A DNA stretch of 64,000 bases. Source: Macrostomum lignano. Lineage: Eukaryota. Positions 1 to 13,500 of the stretch are shown here, one piece after another. The position numbers and the translations under genes were made by a program. Each line of letters opens with the position of its first letter. Positions within the stretch are counted from its first letter, which is position 1. The stretch is from contig NIVC01000044.1 of NCBI GenBank assembly GCA_002269645.1, positions 1 through 64,000 on the forward strand. Direction: 5' to 3'. The notes below the pieces were generated by a model. It was not told where the DNA came from. It made no database searches and saw nothing but the letters and a program-made list of their open reading frames with translations.

Positions 1-1530
1 GTTCTGTTACCAGAAGAGTCACGCTCTGATAGCAGAGCATCGCGAGGGATACTAGGCTTTCTAGATCAGGATCAGGCGTTCACGTTCGGAAATTAGTGCG
101 TCGCGCTCCAATATTACAGAATCGCACTGTGATGCTAAACTATCCCGCTCGACATTAGACTTATTGCTCTTTCAAGCTCTGAATCCGCAGTTTGCTTTGA
201 TGTCTCCAAAGCTGCAAGTGCTGCTTTAAATCGAAGACTTCCTCAGTTAGAGACATCTTGGACAATAATAAATGCTCAACCTCTTGCTCTGACACTCGAC
301 TTTCAAGTTCACATGGCTCTGCATCAGTACAAGCATCTACCATCATCCTTTCTGGTTCAAATGACGACTCTGAAGAGATTATCATAACTGTTTCAGTTGC
401 GGCGTCTGATACTGATGCAGATGATGTACCAGCTGCAGCCACTGACTCGGTGGCGGCTTCAGTCTGGCAGCACATGTCCGCAGTTTCTGTTTGCTGGTGA
501 CTCTGCTTGGATGCTTCCTTCAAAATGCGGCACTGTTTCACGAGTCGAGCGCACTTTTCTTTCATGCGATCTCGCTCGGTGCACACAGAGTCATGCTTCT
601 CCTTCAATTGAGTGGCGGATTCCATCAGCTGGGCGTTCTCTGAGGCTAATGCTTCGCGCTCTGTAGCCATGGAGTCACGTTCTGACGCAAAATCGTTGCG
701 TTCTGACATCAAAGTTTCCCGTTCTTTCATCAAGGCGTCCCGCTCTGATGATAAACTTCCATAATCAGAGAGCATGGCTTCGCGCTCAGTGACCAATGCA
801 TCACGTTCCGACACCAACGAATCACGCTGCGATATTAACACTTCGTGTTCTGAAACGAGCTTATCGTGAGCTGACATGACAGTCATTGCTTTGTCGAGCT
901 CTGAATCCACAGCTTGCTTCGATGACTCAAAGCTGCCAGTTTGCTGCTTCAACTCGAATACTTCCTCAGTCAGTGACATCTTCGATGATAATAACTGTTC
1001 GACCTCTTGCTCTGACACTCGACTTTCAATTCCACTTGGCTCTGCATCAGTACAAGCGTCTACCATCAACCTTCCTGGTTCAAATGAAGACTCAGAAGAG
1101 ATGACTACATCTGTTTCAGTTGCAGCATCTGATACTGATGCAGATGCTGTACCAGCTGCAGCTCTGACTCAGTGGTTTCGTCAGTCTGACAGCAATGTCC
1201 GCAGACTCTGCTCGCTGCTGACTCTGCTTGGACGCTTCCTTCAAAATGCGGCACTGTTTCACAAGTCGAGCGCACTTTTCTTTCATCCGATCTCGCTCGG
1301 CGCAGACCTCCTCAAGCCTGTTATTTAAGTCTGAGTTGGCTTCTTTAACTGGCAGCTTCTGAGGCTACGAGATTGCACTCAGTGGCTGTGTCGTCACGCT
1401 CTTTAGTTAGAGTGCTGACACTATCAAGTAAAGCACTTTCTCGGGCTTGAAGGTCCAAATTTTCGTTTTGCGTTTGCTGTAATTCCTCTTGTGCTCTTTG
1501 AAGCTGTGCACATAGGTCCACTTTCGCATC
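1..1530 (-). CDS. Exon 8 of the coiled-coil gene (frameshifted, truncated by window edge)
   Basis: Acceptor ttctttttag|GAT at 1530; includes ORF 161..1069; 7-aa SERDALx heptads. Confidence 0.65.
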
Positions 1531-4500
1531 CTAAAAAGAAGAAAAAAATTCTTATGTTACGACAAGTTACAGTGATTTACAGTAATTTAACTTAATGAAA
1601 AATGATGAATACGAGCGTAAGAGTGAGTACTGTACGTAGTATAAATTTTCTGTTGTTTTTAATTTGTTATACGGTAGGCGACTGATAATTTAAGCTTTTA
1701 TTAACTGTATGAAAAAGACACAAATATAATTCTTGTACCTGATAGGTTTTGTCTAACAATAGCAGTTCGGATTCCAAATTGATGCCTTCTCAGAGGACTG
1801 CCGGAGCTGGCCATCCAGATAACTGTTTGATTTCTCCAGAGTTTCTAATTCGTACTTTAATGCATTTACTGACCGCTCAAACTCCTGCTTTGCAGAACGG
1901 AAGTCTTCTGCTGACTGCTCCATTTCCATGATAAGCTTTTTATTCTTCTCATCTAAATTTGAGTTTCCTGTGTCAGCTTAGAGATCTGAGTTTCAAAATC
2001 TTGCTTAGCGAGTACGATTGTACTGATTTCCTTTACGAGTTCCTCTTTTGACGCCATCGCTTCGACCAATTCGTCCGATACTTTTGTGAGGTCATCCTTA
2101 TAATGCGCAGCATTACCTTCGAGTTGAATTAGTTGCGCATTCGCACTCCTAGTTCCTGCTGTTGTTTAAGCTTTTCCGATTCCAGATCAGCAACAGTTTG
2201 GTTCAGATGCATCCTTTCTTCCATTAGCTTGCTTAGCTCGTCTGTGAGTTGTGTATTAGCAGTTTGCAATTGATTCACTCTGCTAATTTGTTCTTCACTG
2301 ACCTGCGATTCTAGCTCAGATATTCTTTCCAGATATGATCCGATTTCCGAATGCATCCTCTGCTCTGCCTCTTCTAACTCAATTATCCGCTTTTCCATAT
2401 TTGAGTTAGCATCCTGTAGTTCCACAATAGACTTGCGCAGTGCGGAATTTAACTCTTTGAGCTTGGCGATCGAGTCTTCCTGCAAAAAGCTGGTCTTCTG
2501 AAGCAACAAAATGTTAGTCTCATGCGAATACAAAATGTCTTCGTAGTCAGAAACAGACTTTTCTAGCTTGAAATTAGTGTCTTGCAGTTCAGACGCAGCT
2601 TTTCTTTGAGCTACAACGATGCTTTGTAACTCTTCAAAATTTTTATCAGCCTCAGCTTTTGAATTGCGAAGTTCAATTATATCACGGTTATACTCCTCGC
2701 TCAGCTTCTTCAGTTCAAAAATTTCATGGTAACGTTGTTCTCTTTCTTCCAGTGCTTTATTTAATTGATGTGAAAGATCCTCATTCGTCTTTGAGGCAAA
2801 ATTTAGTTTTTCTTCACTCAATACTTGAGAGTTCTTAACAGCTAGTAGCTCTCCCTCAAGAAAGCGTTTGGTGTCTACCAACTCTTCACATTTTCGAGTG
2901 GCAATACTGCATTCATCCTGAAGCTTACTTACCTTGCGTTCTAACTGATCTTTAATTTCTATCGCATTTTGCAATGACTGACGGCATTCGCCAATATCAG
3001 TTGACAGGGAAGAATTTACATCCTGAAGCTGAGAAATTACTTTTGTTAATACTTCGTATAGACCGAAACTCTGAAATCTGTCCTTGTTGCAAAGATGTCA
3101 ATTCTTCCAACTCAGAGATCTTTTGCTCATGACTTGTTACAGTCCGTTGAAACACAGTCACACTTTTCTCAAGCGATTGCATCACACAGTTTAGTTCGGA
3201 AGAGGCCTCGTGGGACTTTACTAAAAGAGACTTCGTTTCTAAAATTTCGGCACTGCGTTCCTGATAAAGCTCGGAAATTATTTTAAGCATAAGTTTTAGA
3301 TTCTCATGATTTATCCCAGAATGGTTCGGATGGGCGGCGTCAGCGAACTCAAACCGTGTAGGTCACTGAACTCTTTTGAAGTAATGAAAACAGTTCGCCA
3401 GACTGAGCCAAATGAAGTCTAACTTGGCCCTCTAGTTCCGATTGTTTTGAACGTTCGCTATTAAGCAAGCATTCGAGCTCCGAAATAAGATTACTCTTTG
3501 CCTGCTTCTCGCTTTCACAGACTTGAAGATTGAGAGACAATCAGCAACCCGATCATCTTTTAAACGATTCTCATCTGAAAGCTCGCTAATCCTGTTTTCT
3601 AAAGTAGATACAAGAATTGAAATCGGAGAGAGCTTGCTCCTGGGAACTTTTGATTTTATTTGTTCAGTAATCTTTTCGCTTTGGACAACTTTATTGCTTC
3701 GAATTTCTGAGAAAGAGCCTCCTGTCGTGAAAATTCCTCTTGCAATTCAGAGAAGCTCCTTTCCTGACTAGCCTTAAGCTTCTTCAGCTCAGAAAAACTT
3801 TCAACTTGTAAGCAAGTTTTCTTGTTTGATTCTTCGATTTCATTTTCAAGAACGGTGATCTTTTCTTCCAGCTCTTTTATCTTCTTCTCAGTCTGCTCAT
3901 TGACTGGGCTTCCAGCTCTGTGACTTGCTTGGATTTCGATTCGAGCTCTTCTACTAGAGCACTGTTCTTCTCAGCTTGCTCAGTGACTGAGGCTTCCAGC
4001 TCTGTGACTTGCTTGGATTTCGATTCGAGCTCTTCTACCAGAGCACGGTTCTTCTTAGCTTGCTCAGTGACTGAGGCTTCCAGCTCTGTGACTTGCTTGG
4101 ATTTCGATTCGAGCTCTTCTACCAGAGCACGGTTCTCGTCAGTCTGCTCATTGACTGAGGCTTCCAGCTCTGTGACTCGCTTCGATTTCGATTCGAGCTC
4201 TTCTACCAGAGCACGGTTCTCGTCAGTCTGCTCATTGACTGAAGCTTCCAGCTCTGTGACTCGCTTCGATTTCGATTCGAGCTCTTCTTCTAGACCGCGG
4301 TTTCTCTCTGTCAGTGTTTCGATTCTCGCGCTTTGAGTTGAGATTTTCTCTTTTGATTCACTGATCTCACTTTGAAGAGCGCCGGCCGTTTCTTCCAGCT
4401 CTTTTATCTTAGCCTTCTGTATCTTGTTTGACTCACAACTTTCTTCAACTTGTTTTTCATTTTCTCGTGCACTTCGGCAGCCCGACAAGTTTCTCTTCGT

Positions 4501-7500
4501 CTCGCTGCTTAGCTTCGCCATGCAGTCGGAGTTGCTCTTCATCGAGCTCTTGGCATCATTTAATTCAGAGAAGCTCTTTGTCAACTTTTCATTGGACTGC
4601 TCCAGATCAAGCTTCTCGGTCTGTAGCTGAGAAAGAGACTTGATTGACCCATTGAGCTCGTTCACAAGCTCACGCACTCTCTGCTCAAGAGCGTTATTAT
4701 TAGAGGTCAGATCTGCGACTTTGGCTTCGAGATCCGACTTTGATTGAACTACAGAGTCCAGTTCTGTCGAAACCGAGTCCTTAGCAGATTTCAGCGTTTG
4801 CAATTCATCTGAAAGCTTTTCTGACAAATCACTCTGCTTTATGATAGAGGCTTCCAGCTCTGTGACTTGCTTGGATTTCGATTCGAGCTCTTCTACCAGA
4901 GCACGGTTCTTGTCAGTCTGCTCATTGACAGAGGCCTCCAGCTCGGTGACTTGCTTGGATTTCGATTCGAGCTCTTCTTCCAGAGCACGGTTCTTCTCAG
5001 TCTGCTCAATGACAGATGCTTCCAGCTCTGTGACTTGCTTGGATTTCGATTCGAGCTCTTCTACCAGAACACGGTTCTTGTCAGTCTGCTCATTGACAGA
5101 GGCTTCCAGCTCTGTGACTTGCTTGGATTTCGATTCGAGCTCTTCTTCCAGAGCACGGTTCTTCTCAGTCTGCTCAATGACAGATGCTTCCAGCTCTGTG
5201 ACTTGCTTGGATTTCGATTCGAGCTCTTCTACCAGAGCACGGTTCTTCTCAGTCTGCTCATTGACAGAGGCTTCCAGCTCGGTGACTTGCTTGGATTTCG
5301 ATTCGAGCTCTTCTTCCAGAGCACGGTTCTTCTCAGTCTGCTCAATGACAGATGCTTCCAGCTCTGTGACTTGCTTGGATTTCGATTCGAGCTCTTCTAC
5401 CAGAACACGGTTCTTGTCAGTCTGCTCATTGACAGAGGCTTCCAGCTCTGTGACTTGCTTGGATTTCGATTCGAGCTCTTCTACCAGAGCACGGTTCTTC
5501 TCAGTCTGCTCATTGACAGAGGCTTCCAGCTCTGTGATTTCTTGGATTTCGATTCGAGCTCTTCTACCAGATCACGGTTCTTCTCAGTCTGCTCATTGAC
5601 AGAGGCTTCCAGCTCTGTGATTTGCTTGGATTTCGATTCGAGCTCTTCTACCAGAGCACGGTTCTCGTCAGTCTGCTCATTGACAGAGGCTTCCAGCTCG
5701 GTGACTTGCTTCGATTTCGATTCGAGCTCTTCTACCAGAGCACTGTTCTTCTCAGTCTGCTCATTGACAGAGGCCTCCAGCTCGGTGACTTGCTTCGATT
5801 TCGATTCGAGCTCTTCTACCAGAGCACTGTTCTTCTCAGTCTGCTCATTGACAGAGGCCTCCAGCTCGGTGACTTGCTTGGATTTCGATTCGAGCTCTTC
5901 TTCCAGAGCACGGTTCTTCTCAGTCTGCTCAATGACAGATGCTTCCAGCTCTGTGACTTGCTTGGATTTCGATTCGAGCTCTTCTACCAGAGCACGGTTC
6001 TTCTCAGTCTGCTCATTGACAGAGGCCTCCAGCTCGGTGACTTGCTTGGATTTCGATTCGAGCTCTTCTTCCAGAGCACGGTTCTTCTCAGTCTGCTCAA
6101 TGACAGATGCTTCCAGCTCTGTGACTTGCTTGGATTTCGATTCGAGCTCTTCTACCAGAACACGGTTCTTGTCAGTCTGCTCATTGACAGAGGCTTCCAG
6201 CTCTGTGACTTGCTTGGATTTCGATTCGAGCTCTTCTTCCAGAGCACGGTTCTTCTCAGTCTGCTCAATGACAGATGCTTCCAGCTCTGTGACTTGCTTG
6301 GATTTCGATTCGAGCTCTTCTACCAGAGCACGGTTCTTCTCAGTCTGCTCATTGACAGAGGCTTCCAGCTCTGTGATTTTCTTGGATTTCGATTCGTGCT
6401 CTTCTACCAGAGCACGGTTCTTCTCAGTCTGCTCATTGACAGAGGCTTCCAGCTCTGTGATTTGCTTGGATTTCGATTCGAGCTCTTCTACCAGATCACG
6501 GTTCTTCTCAGTCTGCTCATTGACAGAGGCTTCCAGCTCTGTGATTTGCTTGGATTTCGATTCGAGCTCTTCTACCAGAGCACGGTTCTCGTCAGTCTGC
6601 TCATTGACAGAGGCTTCCAGCTCGGTGACTTGCTTCGATTTCGATTCGAGCTCTTCTACCAGAGCACTGTTCTTCTCAGTCTGCTCATTGACAGAGGCCT
6701 CCAGCTCGGTGACTTGCTTCGATTTCGATTCGAGCTCTTCTACCAGAGCACTGTTCTTCTCAGTCTGCTCATTGACAGAGGCCTCCAGCTCGGTGACTTG
6801 CTTGGATTTCGATTCGAGCTCTTCTTCCAGAGCACGGTTCTTCTCAGTCTGCTCAATGACAGATGCTTCCAGCTCTGTGACTTGCTTGGATTTCGATTCG
6901 AGCTCTTCTACCAGAGCACGGTTCTTCTCAGTCTGCTCATTGACTGAGGCTTCCAGCTCTGTGACTTGCTTGGATTTCGATTCGAGCTCTTCTTCCAGAG
7001 CACGGTTCTTCTCAGCTTGCTCAGTGACTGAGGCTTCCAGCTCTGTGACTTGCTTGGATTTCGATTCGAGCTCTTCTACCAGAGCACGGTTCTTCTTAGC
7101 TTGCTCATTGACTGAGGCTTCCAGCTCTGTGACTTGCTTGGATTTCGATTCGAGCTCTTCTTCTAGACCGCGTTTTCTCTCTGTCAGTGTTTGGATTATC
7201 GCGCTTTGAGTTGAGATTTTCTCGTTTGACTCACTAATCTCACTCTGAAGAGCGCCGACCGTTTCTTCCAGCTCTTTTATCTTAGCCTTCTGTATCTTGT
7301 TTGACTCCACAACTTTCTTCACCTTGTTTGTTATTTTCTCGTGCACTTCGGCAGCCCGACCAAGTTTCTCTTCGTCTCGCTGCTTAGCTTCGCCATGCAG
7401 TCGGAGTTGCTCTTCAATCGAGCTCTTGGCATCATTTGACTCAGACAAGCTCCTTGCCAAATTTTCATTGGACTGCTCAAGATCAAGTTTCTCGGTCTGT

Positions 7501-10500
7501 AGCTGATCTACTGTCCTTTCCGAACTTTCAAGTAAATTTGTTAGTTCAGATATTTTAGCTGCTGCCTCATCACGAGCTTGTTGTTTTTGCATTTTAAGTT
7601 GTTCTTTAAGATTCATGATAGTTTGTTGCAACTGATCATTTTGAGAGGATATTTGCTGATTGGTGCTTTCTTGATCAGATATAGTTTGACAGATTTTGTT
7701 CATTTTTTGCTTCATCGTTTCCAGTCTGTTATGCGTCTTTTCATAATTAGCGGTTATTTCTTTAACTTGGTTTTCACTTGCCGCAAGTGATTTTTGACTG
7801 ACCTCTAGCAGTGATTCTAATTCATTTTTTTCTTTGGAAATTTCATTCAAATCACGGGTTACTTGTTCAAGTTGAAGCTTCTGGCTCGTAAACTGACTTT
7901 CTAAATGTCTTAAAGCACTAGAAGATGAGGATATAAACTGAGCAATGCTTTCAACAGTGCCTTCTAATGACGTTTCGGTAGTTTCCACTGATAGATTTAA
8001 ATTCGTTTCGGCACACAGCTGAGCAACAGAACTTCGTAAACTTGATACGGAGTCAGTTACGCGAGCCAATAGATTTGAATTCAAAGAAGCTGTTGAACTT
8101 ACCTTCGAAATCATCTCGTCTTTGTTATGGAGATCGGCACGCAGTTGTTCGACATTGGCTTGCATTTGCTGTTGGGCCGATTGATAGTTGCTTGCTTCCA
8201 TGGATTTCTCTGCGAGTTTTGTCTCCACTTCTTCAACCATTGCTTTTAAATCGCTGACTACTTGCCTAAGTTGGGAGTTGTCATCTTCTAAGCCAGAAAT
8301 TTTGACTTCTAGCTGCTCATTAGTAGCAATTAATTTGCGCTGATCATCCTGCAACTTGTCTTCATTCTGCTTCAGCTCATTAACACTGTCAGACAAAGAC
8401 TTGACATCGCCTAAGGATGAGTCGAGTCTGTCTTGGAATTCACTATTGCTCGACTTAAGAGAGTCAATAAGGCTGTGTAACGATTGATTCTCTTCCTGTA
8501 GAAGCTTGTAATTTTGAAGCATCGATTGCTTTTCAGCCGTCAATCGGTCTAGTTGATCATCCAGCTGTTCTAGCTGTTCTTGATTCTCTTTAAACTTTGC
8601 AGAAATCTCATCACTATAAGATTCTAAAGCAGAGTGTTCTTTTTGAAGAGCTTTAAGCTCGGCATTTGCTGATTCAAGCTGAGACTCGAGTTCCAGACAA
8701 TTCTTCTTCTGATTAGCACACTGCACTGACATACTTGCGTTTTCATCTTCCATACGCTGCAGTTGTTCTTCTTGTCTAGCACACTTTTCTTTTAGCCCTC
8801 GCATTTCTTCCATAGTTCGGGTGATTTTTTCTTGAAACCCTGTATTCTCTTGCCGCGCTTCAGCAAACTCTGATTCAGCATAAGCAAGCGTTTTCTGCAA
8901 ACTCTCTAGCTCGCGCTGACTGCTGCTCAAAGATGAATGCCACTCATCAGCTTGACAAGTAACGGAATTTAGCGACTCTTTAAGATCGGAATTCTCCGCA
9001 AAAGAAGCTTGTAATCGATCTCGTAGCTTGGAATTCTCTTCGCTAAGTTCAGCTATTGAATCTTGGGCTTCAACAAGTTGACTTTGAAGCGAAACAGTTT
9101 GTTGACTTAGATCATCAATGATTTCGACTTGCTGGTTCAACTTCTGCAGTGTAGCTTTAATGCTTTCAACTTCGTGATTCCTCTCATAAAGCTGCTTGTC
9201 CAAGCTTTTGCATTCAGCTTTCAAAGCTTCTACTTCTTCACTGCGCAGGGACTGAATTCGATCCCGCTGTTGGATGACGTTAGCCAGCTGATCAGTTACT
9301 TCGTCTAAATTTTTTCTAAGCTGTTCTATCTCTTCAGCTTGTTTTTGTTGTTTGCGCTCGCTAGTATCTAGTTGGTTATGCAAGTGAGCTTGCTCAGATT
9401 GTATGCCGATTTGATCAACCACAGACTTTTGAAGTTTCTCAGACAGTTCCCGGCTTTCAGCATCTGCCTGGGAAAGCTGAGTAATTAGAGACTTCTTAGT
9501 TTCCTCTAGTTCCCAGATTTGCATTTCACAATCGCCCTTTGAGTCGCTAACTGTCTGCAACAGTGTTCGAAGACTCTGGCATTCATTCTCAGAAGTAGTA
9601 AGTGAGACTTGTAGAGTTTCGACAGTTCGCTCTAACGCAGCACACTTTTCTTCCGTTGATTCAAGATCTTCAATGCGATCAGATGCCTCTTCCAAAACTC
9701 GCTTAGCTTCCATCGCATCCTCCATCAAATCGGACTTTTCCTGTGTAAGAGTGTTGATCTGCTCGGCTGATACTTGAAGCTGTTCCTTCAAACTTAAGAC
9801 TTCTTTCTGGCTAGATTTGAGCTCTTGCTCCATTTTGCTAGACTGTTCCAATCTGGCCGCTAATTCTTGAACAGATGCATCTGAAGAAGACCGCAAATTA
9901 TTTAACTGTAGCATCAAGTCATCAGAACTAAGCTTAAGACGGCTGATTTCCTCAACCTTCTCTATCTCAACGACGCTAAGCTTTTCGGTGAGTTGTGCAA
10001 CCTGTTCAACAAATTGCGACTTCTCCGACTGCAAACTGTCCAACTGAAGTTTCATCTCGCTCGAGTTCGACTCACTCGCCTGTAGCTTCTCATCGAGCTC
10101 TCTGACTTGATCAACGAGTTGCGACTTCTCCGACTGCAAACTGTCCAACTGAAGTTTCATCTCGCTCGAGTTCGACTCACTCGCCTGTAGCTTCTCATCG
10201 AGCTCTCTGACTTGATCAACGAGTTGCGACTTCTCCGACTGCAAACTGTCCAACTGAAGTTTCATCTCGCTCGAGTTCGACTCACTCGCCTGTAGCTTCT
10301 CATCGAGCTCTCTGACTTGATCAACGAGTTGCGACTTCTCCGACTGCAAACTGTCCAACTGAAGTTTCATCTCGCTCGAGTTCGACTCACTCGCCTGTAG
10401 CTTCTCATCGAGCTCTCTGACTTGATCAACGAGTTGCGACTTCTCCGACTGCAAACTGTCCAACTGAAGTTTCATCTCGCTCGAGTTCGACTCACTCGCA

Positions 10501-13500
10501 TGTAGCTTCTCATCGAGCTCTCTGACTTGATCAACGAGTTGCGACTTCTCCGACTGCAAACTGTCCAACTGAAGTTTCATCTCGCTCGAGTTCGACTCAC
10601 TCGCCTGTAGCTTCTCATCGAGCTCTCTGACTTGATCAACGAGTTGCGACTTCTCCGACTGCAAACTGTCCAACTGAAGTTTCATCTCGCTCGAGTTCGA
10701 CTCACTCGCCTGTAGCTTCTCATCGAGCTCTCTGACTTGATCAACGAGTTGCGACTTCTCCGACTGAAAACTGTCCAACTGAAGTTTCATCTCGCTCGAG
10801 TTCGACTCACTCGCCTGTAGCTTCTCATCGAGCTCTCTGACTTGATCAACGAGTTGCGACTTCTCCGACTGCAAACTGTCCAACTGAAGTTTCATCTCGC
10901 TCGAGTTCGACTCACTCGCCTGTAGCTTCTCATCGAGCTCTCTGACTTGATCAACGAGTTGCGACTTCTCCGACTGCAAACTGTCCAACTGAAGTTTCAT
11001 CTCGCTCGAATTCGACTCACTTGCCTGCAGCTTCTCATCGAGCTCTCTGACTTGATCAACGAGTTGCGACTTCTCCGACTGCAAACTGTCCAACTGAAGT
11101 TTCATCTCGCTCGAGTTCGACTCACTCGCCTGTAGCTTCTCATCGAGCTCTCTGACTTGATCAACGAGTTGCGACTTCTCCGACTGAAAACTGTCCAACT
11201 GAAGTTTCATCTCGCTCGAGTTCGACTCACTCGCCTGTAGCTTCTCATCGAGCTCTCTGACTTGCTCAGATAATTGCGACTTCTCCGACTGCAAACTGTC
11301 CAACTGAAGTTTCATCTCGCTCGAATTCGACTCACTTGCCTGTAGCTTCTCATCGAGCTCTCTGACTCGATCAACGAGTTGCGACTTCTCCGACTGAAAA
11401 CTGTCCAACTGAAGTTTCATCTCGCTCGAGTTCGACTCACTCGCCTGTAGCTTCTCATCGAGCTCTCTGACTTGATCAACGAGTCGCGACTTCTCCGACT
11501 GAAAACTGTCCAACTGAAGTTTCATCTCGCTCGAGTTCGACTCACTCGCCTGTAGCTTCTCATCGAGCTCTCTGACTTGCTCAACGAGTTGTGACTTCTC
11601 CGACTGCAAACTGTCTATTTGCAGCTTCAGCTCGTTCATGGTTGACTCGTACACTTCTAGCTTACTGTTGAGTTCTGTGACTTGGTCAGTAAGTCTAGAC
11701 TTTTCTGTTGATAAAATATCGACCTGTTCAGTAACTTCACTTGATGCTGACTCATTGACTCTTAACTTTTCAGTTAAATGTGCAACTTGGTCTTCTAATT
11801 CAGATTTTTCAGTCAACAAATTTTCGACTTGCAGCTTTAGTTCACTACAGTTGGATTCGGTGGTGTTCACATTATTCGTGAGTGCTTCAACTTGGTTAGC
11901 CAGCAAAGATTTTTCCGACGACAAATCGTCAATCTGATTTTTAAAGTCCATGGTAGTCGATTCGTGAACTTGCAGCTTTTCTCTGAAGTCAGCAATTTGG
12001 TTAACGAACTGTGAATTCTCTGACTGTAAAGTATCGATTTGCAGCTTCATTTTCTTTGAACTTAATTCACTTTCACTTATCTTTTTGTTGAGATCAGCGA
12101 CTTGTTCAGTTAACGCAGCTTTTTCAGAAGACAGACTATCGGAAATCTGCTTAATATCGCTCAGGCTTAACTCGCTAACTCTCAATTTCTCATTAAGTTC
12201 TATAATGTTGTCCGTGAGTTGGGATTTTTCCGACTGAAAGCTTTCAATCTGTTTTTTAAGCCCTTCAGAGTTCAACTCATTATTTCGCAACTTTTCAGTA
12301 AGATCAGCAACTTCATTTGCGAATTGATCTTTTTCTTTCGACAAAAGATCTATATGCTGTTTAAGTTCAGTTGAGTTTGAGTCGCTGCTTTTCAGCTTTT
12401 CGGTGAGAACTGTAATTTGGTCGGCCAACTGAGAATTTTCGGCAGACAAACTGTCTTTTTGATGCTTAAAATCACTAGAAGTTAATTCATGGGCTTTTAA
12501 CTTCTCACTTAAGTCAGTACATTGTTCAACTATTGAGGATTTTTCAGACCGTAAGGTATCGATCTGTAGCTTTAGTTCATTGGAGTTCGATTCACTGACT
12601 GAGAGCTTTTCATTTAGGTGCGCGGCGTGGCCTTCTAATTGCAAATTCTCCGACTGCAAGCTGTCAATCTGTTTCTTCAGCTCACTGGAGTTAGACTGGC
12701 TAGCGGTCAGCTTCTCAGTGAGGCCTGAGACTTGCTCTTCTAATTGGGACTTCTCGGACAGTAAGCTGTCAACCTGTTGCTTCAAATCACTTGACTTCGA
12801 GTCTCCGACACTCAGCTTCTCAGTGAGGTCTGCGACTTGATCAGCATACTGAGACTTCTCCGACTGCAAACCTTCAATCTGTTGCTTCAGCTCACTGGAG
12901 TGAGACTCACTAATTCCCAGCTTCTCAGTGATGTCTGCTGCTTGGTCTTCCAGCTGGGACTTCTCCGCTTGCAGACTGTCTAATTGTTGTTTAAGCTCGC
13001 TGAAGTTAGCCTCACTGACGCTCAGCTTCTCAGTGAGATCTGCAACTTGATCAGCATACTGAGACTTCTCCGATTGCAAGCCGTCAATCTGTTGTTTAAG
13101 CTCGCCGAAGTTAGCCTCACTGACGCTCAGCTTCTCAGTGAGATCTGCAACTTGATCAGCATACTGAGACTTCTCCGATTGCAAGCCGTCAATCTGTTGT
13201 TTAAGCTCGCCGAAGTTAGCCTCACTGACGCTCAGCTTCTCAGTGAGATCTGCAACTTGATCAGCATACTGAGACTTCTCCGATTGCAAGCCGTCAATCT
13301 GTTGTTTAAGCTCGCCGAAGTTAGCCTCACTGACGCTCAGCTTCTCAGTGAGATCTGCAACTTGATCAGCATACTGAGACTTTTCCGATTGCAAGCCGTC
13401 AATCTGTTGTTTAAGCTCGCCGAAGTTAGCCTCACTGACGCTCAGCTTCTCAGTGAGATCTGCAACTTGATCAGCATACTGAGACTTTTCCGATTGCAAG

